A DNA stretch of 64,000 bases, from the NCBI RefSeq assembly GCF_047638075.1, contig NZ_JBLJBV010000041.1, forward strand, positions 4,560-68,559, read 5' to 3'. This document shows positions 63,306-64,000 of the stretch, piece after piece. Below the pieces are notes generated by a model that saw nothing but the letters and a program-made list of their open reading frames with translations, had not been told where the DNA came from and did not search any database. The DNA comes from Phaeovulum sp. (GTDB lineage: Bacteria > Pseudomonadota > Alphaproteobacteria > Rhodobacterales > Rhodobacteraceae). The position numbers and the translations under genes were made by a program. How positions within the stretch are numbered: position 1 is the stretch's first letter; every line of letters starts with the position of its first letter.

Positions 63306-64000
63306 GCCGGCACCTTGGCGACAATGCGCGTGGCGCTGCTATCCCAAACGAACCAGGCCTTCGCGCCAATCGTCAACGAGGGGTCCATCCGCCCGCCCCG
63401 CGCAATCAGCGTGGCACCCGTGGCATCCTCGGCCTCGACCCGGACGCTGGCCCCGGCAAAAACGATGTCGGAAATGGTTACCGGAACCGCGTTGTCAATT
63501 TCAGTGCCGGGGTCGGCAGGCAGAACCCGGATCCGTTCCGGGCGCGCCATGATTTTGACCGCGCCATCGGCTTCGCCGGGCAGCGGGGCATAGCGGCCAC
63601 CTGCCTCGCTGGCGGTAACGACGCCACCCCGAACGGTGCAGGCGAAAATATTGGAATCGCCCAGAAATGTAGCCACGAATTCGCTTCCGGGGTTATTGTA
63701 TAGCTGTTCGGGGGTGCCGATCTGTTCCACCGCGCCTTCGCGGAACACAACGATCCGGTCTGACAGGGTCAGGGCTTCGTCCTGATCGTGGGTCACGAAA
63801 ATAATGGTGACGCCCAGTTCGCGGTGGATGCGGCGCAGCTCCATTTGCAGGGCCTCGCGCAGGCGCTTATCAAGCGCGCCAAGCGGTTCGTCCAGCAACA
63901 GCAACTTTGGTTCAAACACCACAGCCCGCGCCAGTGCCACACGCTGCTGTTGTCCACCCGAAAGCTGATGCGGGCGACGGTCGCCGTACGCCTCAAGATG
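63302..64000 (-). CDS. ABC transporter ATP-binding protein (UgpC/PotA/MalK type), 5'-partial; N-terminus beyond the window end
   Basis: [43 protein letters not shown], then a TOBE-like C-terminal domain. Walker A lies outside the window. Confidence 0.85.
   Translation of the reverse strand, partial: HLEAYGDRRPHQLSGGQQQRVALARAVVFEPKLLLLDEPLGALDKRLREALQMELRRIHRELGVTIIFVTHDQDEALTLSDRIVVFREGAVEQIGTPEQLYNNPGSEFVATFLGDSNIFACTVRGGVVTASEAGGRYAPLPGEADGAVKIMARPERIRVLPADPGTEIDNAVPVTISDIVFAGASVRVEAEDATGATLIARGGRMDPSLTIGAKAWFVWDSSATRIVAKVPA

Noticed and set aside
1-64000. CRISPR arrays, rRNA or tRNA genes, riboswitches
   Set aside because: Reading the intergenic regions, I saw no regularly spaced direct repeats, no rRNA-like stretches and no tRNA T-loop/acceptor patterns. 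This was a visual scan only. tRNAscan-SE, Infernal or minced would be needed to exclude them formally.

Overview
High-GC alphaproteobacterial DNA, Rhodobacterales-like by gene content and codon bias (inference). The window has four blocks. (1) 1-13.9 kb is a succinoglycan-type exo polysaccharide cluster: GT4, exoY, exoF, exoQ, exoK (GH16), two GT2, a small ExoX-like membrane protein, then exoP-exoM-exoA-exoL chained by 4-8 nt overlaps. (2) 13.9-27.2 kb holds two Dpp/Opp-type peptide ABC importers flanking an amidohydrolase and a DmpA/S58 aminopeptidase. (3) 27.3-53.4 kb is a lower-GC mosaic accessory region. It holds an Rrf2 regulator, a DUF2249 protein and an sdhB-sdhC-sdhD set with no sdhA. 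It also holds a tightly coupled PqqD-like / HPr-kinase-like / GT2 / GT2 / NTP_transf_5 operon between transposase wreckage, and a graveyard of IS3, IS21, IS630 and glutaryl-CoA dehydrogenase fragments. Further along are a DMT/LysR pair and a 629-aa HipA-family kinase with a ~215-aa N-terminal extension and no separate antitoxin gene. Two defective, inverted IS5-family copies bracket a 9-kb catabolic module (amino-acid ABC importer, FAD oxidoreductase, ALDH, HutC regulator, UbiD, UbiX, TIGR02444-like). (4) 53.4-64 kb is a minus-strand catabolic cluster: thioesterase, Fe-ADH, TetR, two enoyl-CoA hydratases, ALDH, FGGY kinase, FAD-linked oxidase, GlpD and a partial ABC ATPase. I saw no rRNA, tRNA or CRISPR array. 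The best candidates for an undescribed system are the orphan PqqD/HprK-like/GT/NTase operon (30853-35166) and the extended HipA kinase with its start-codon-spanning inverted repeat (40180-42105). All family calls come from motif recognition by eye, with no database search.
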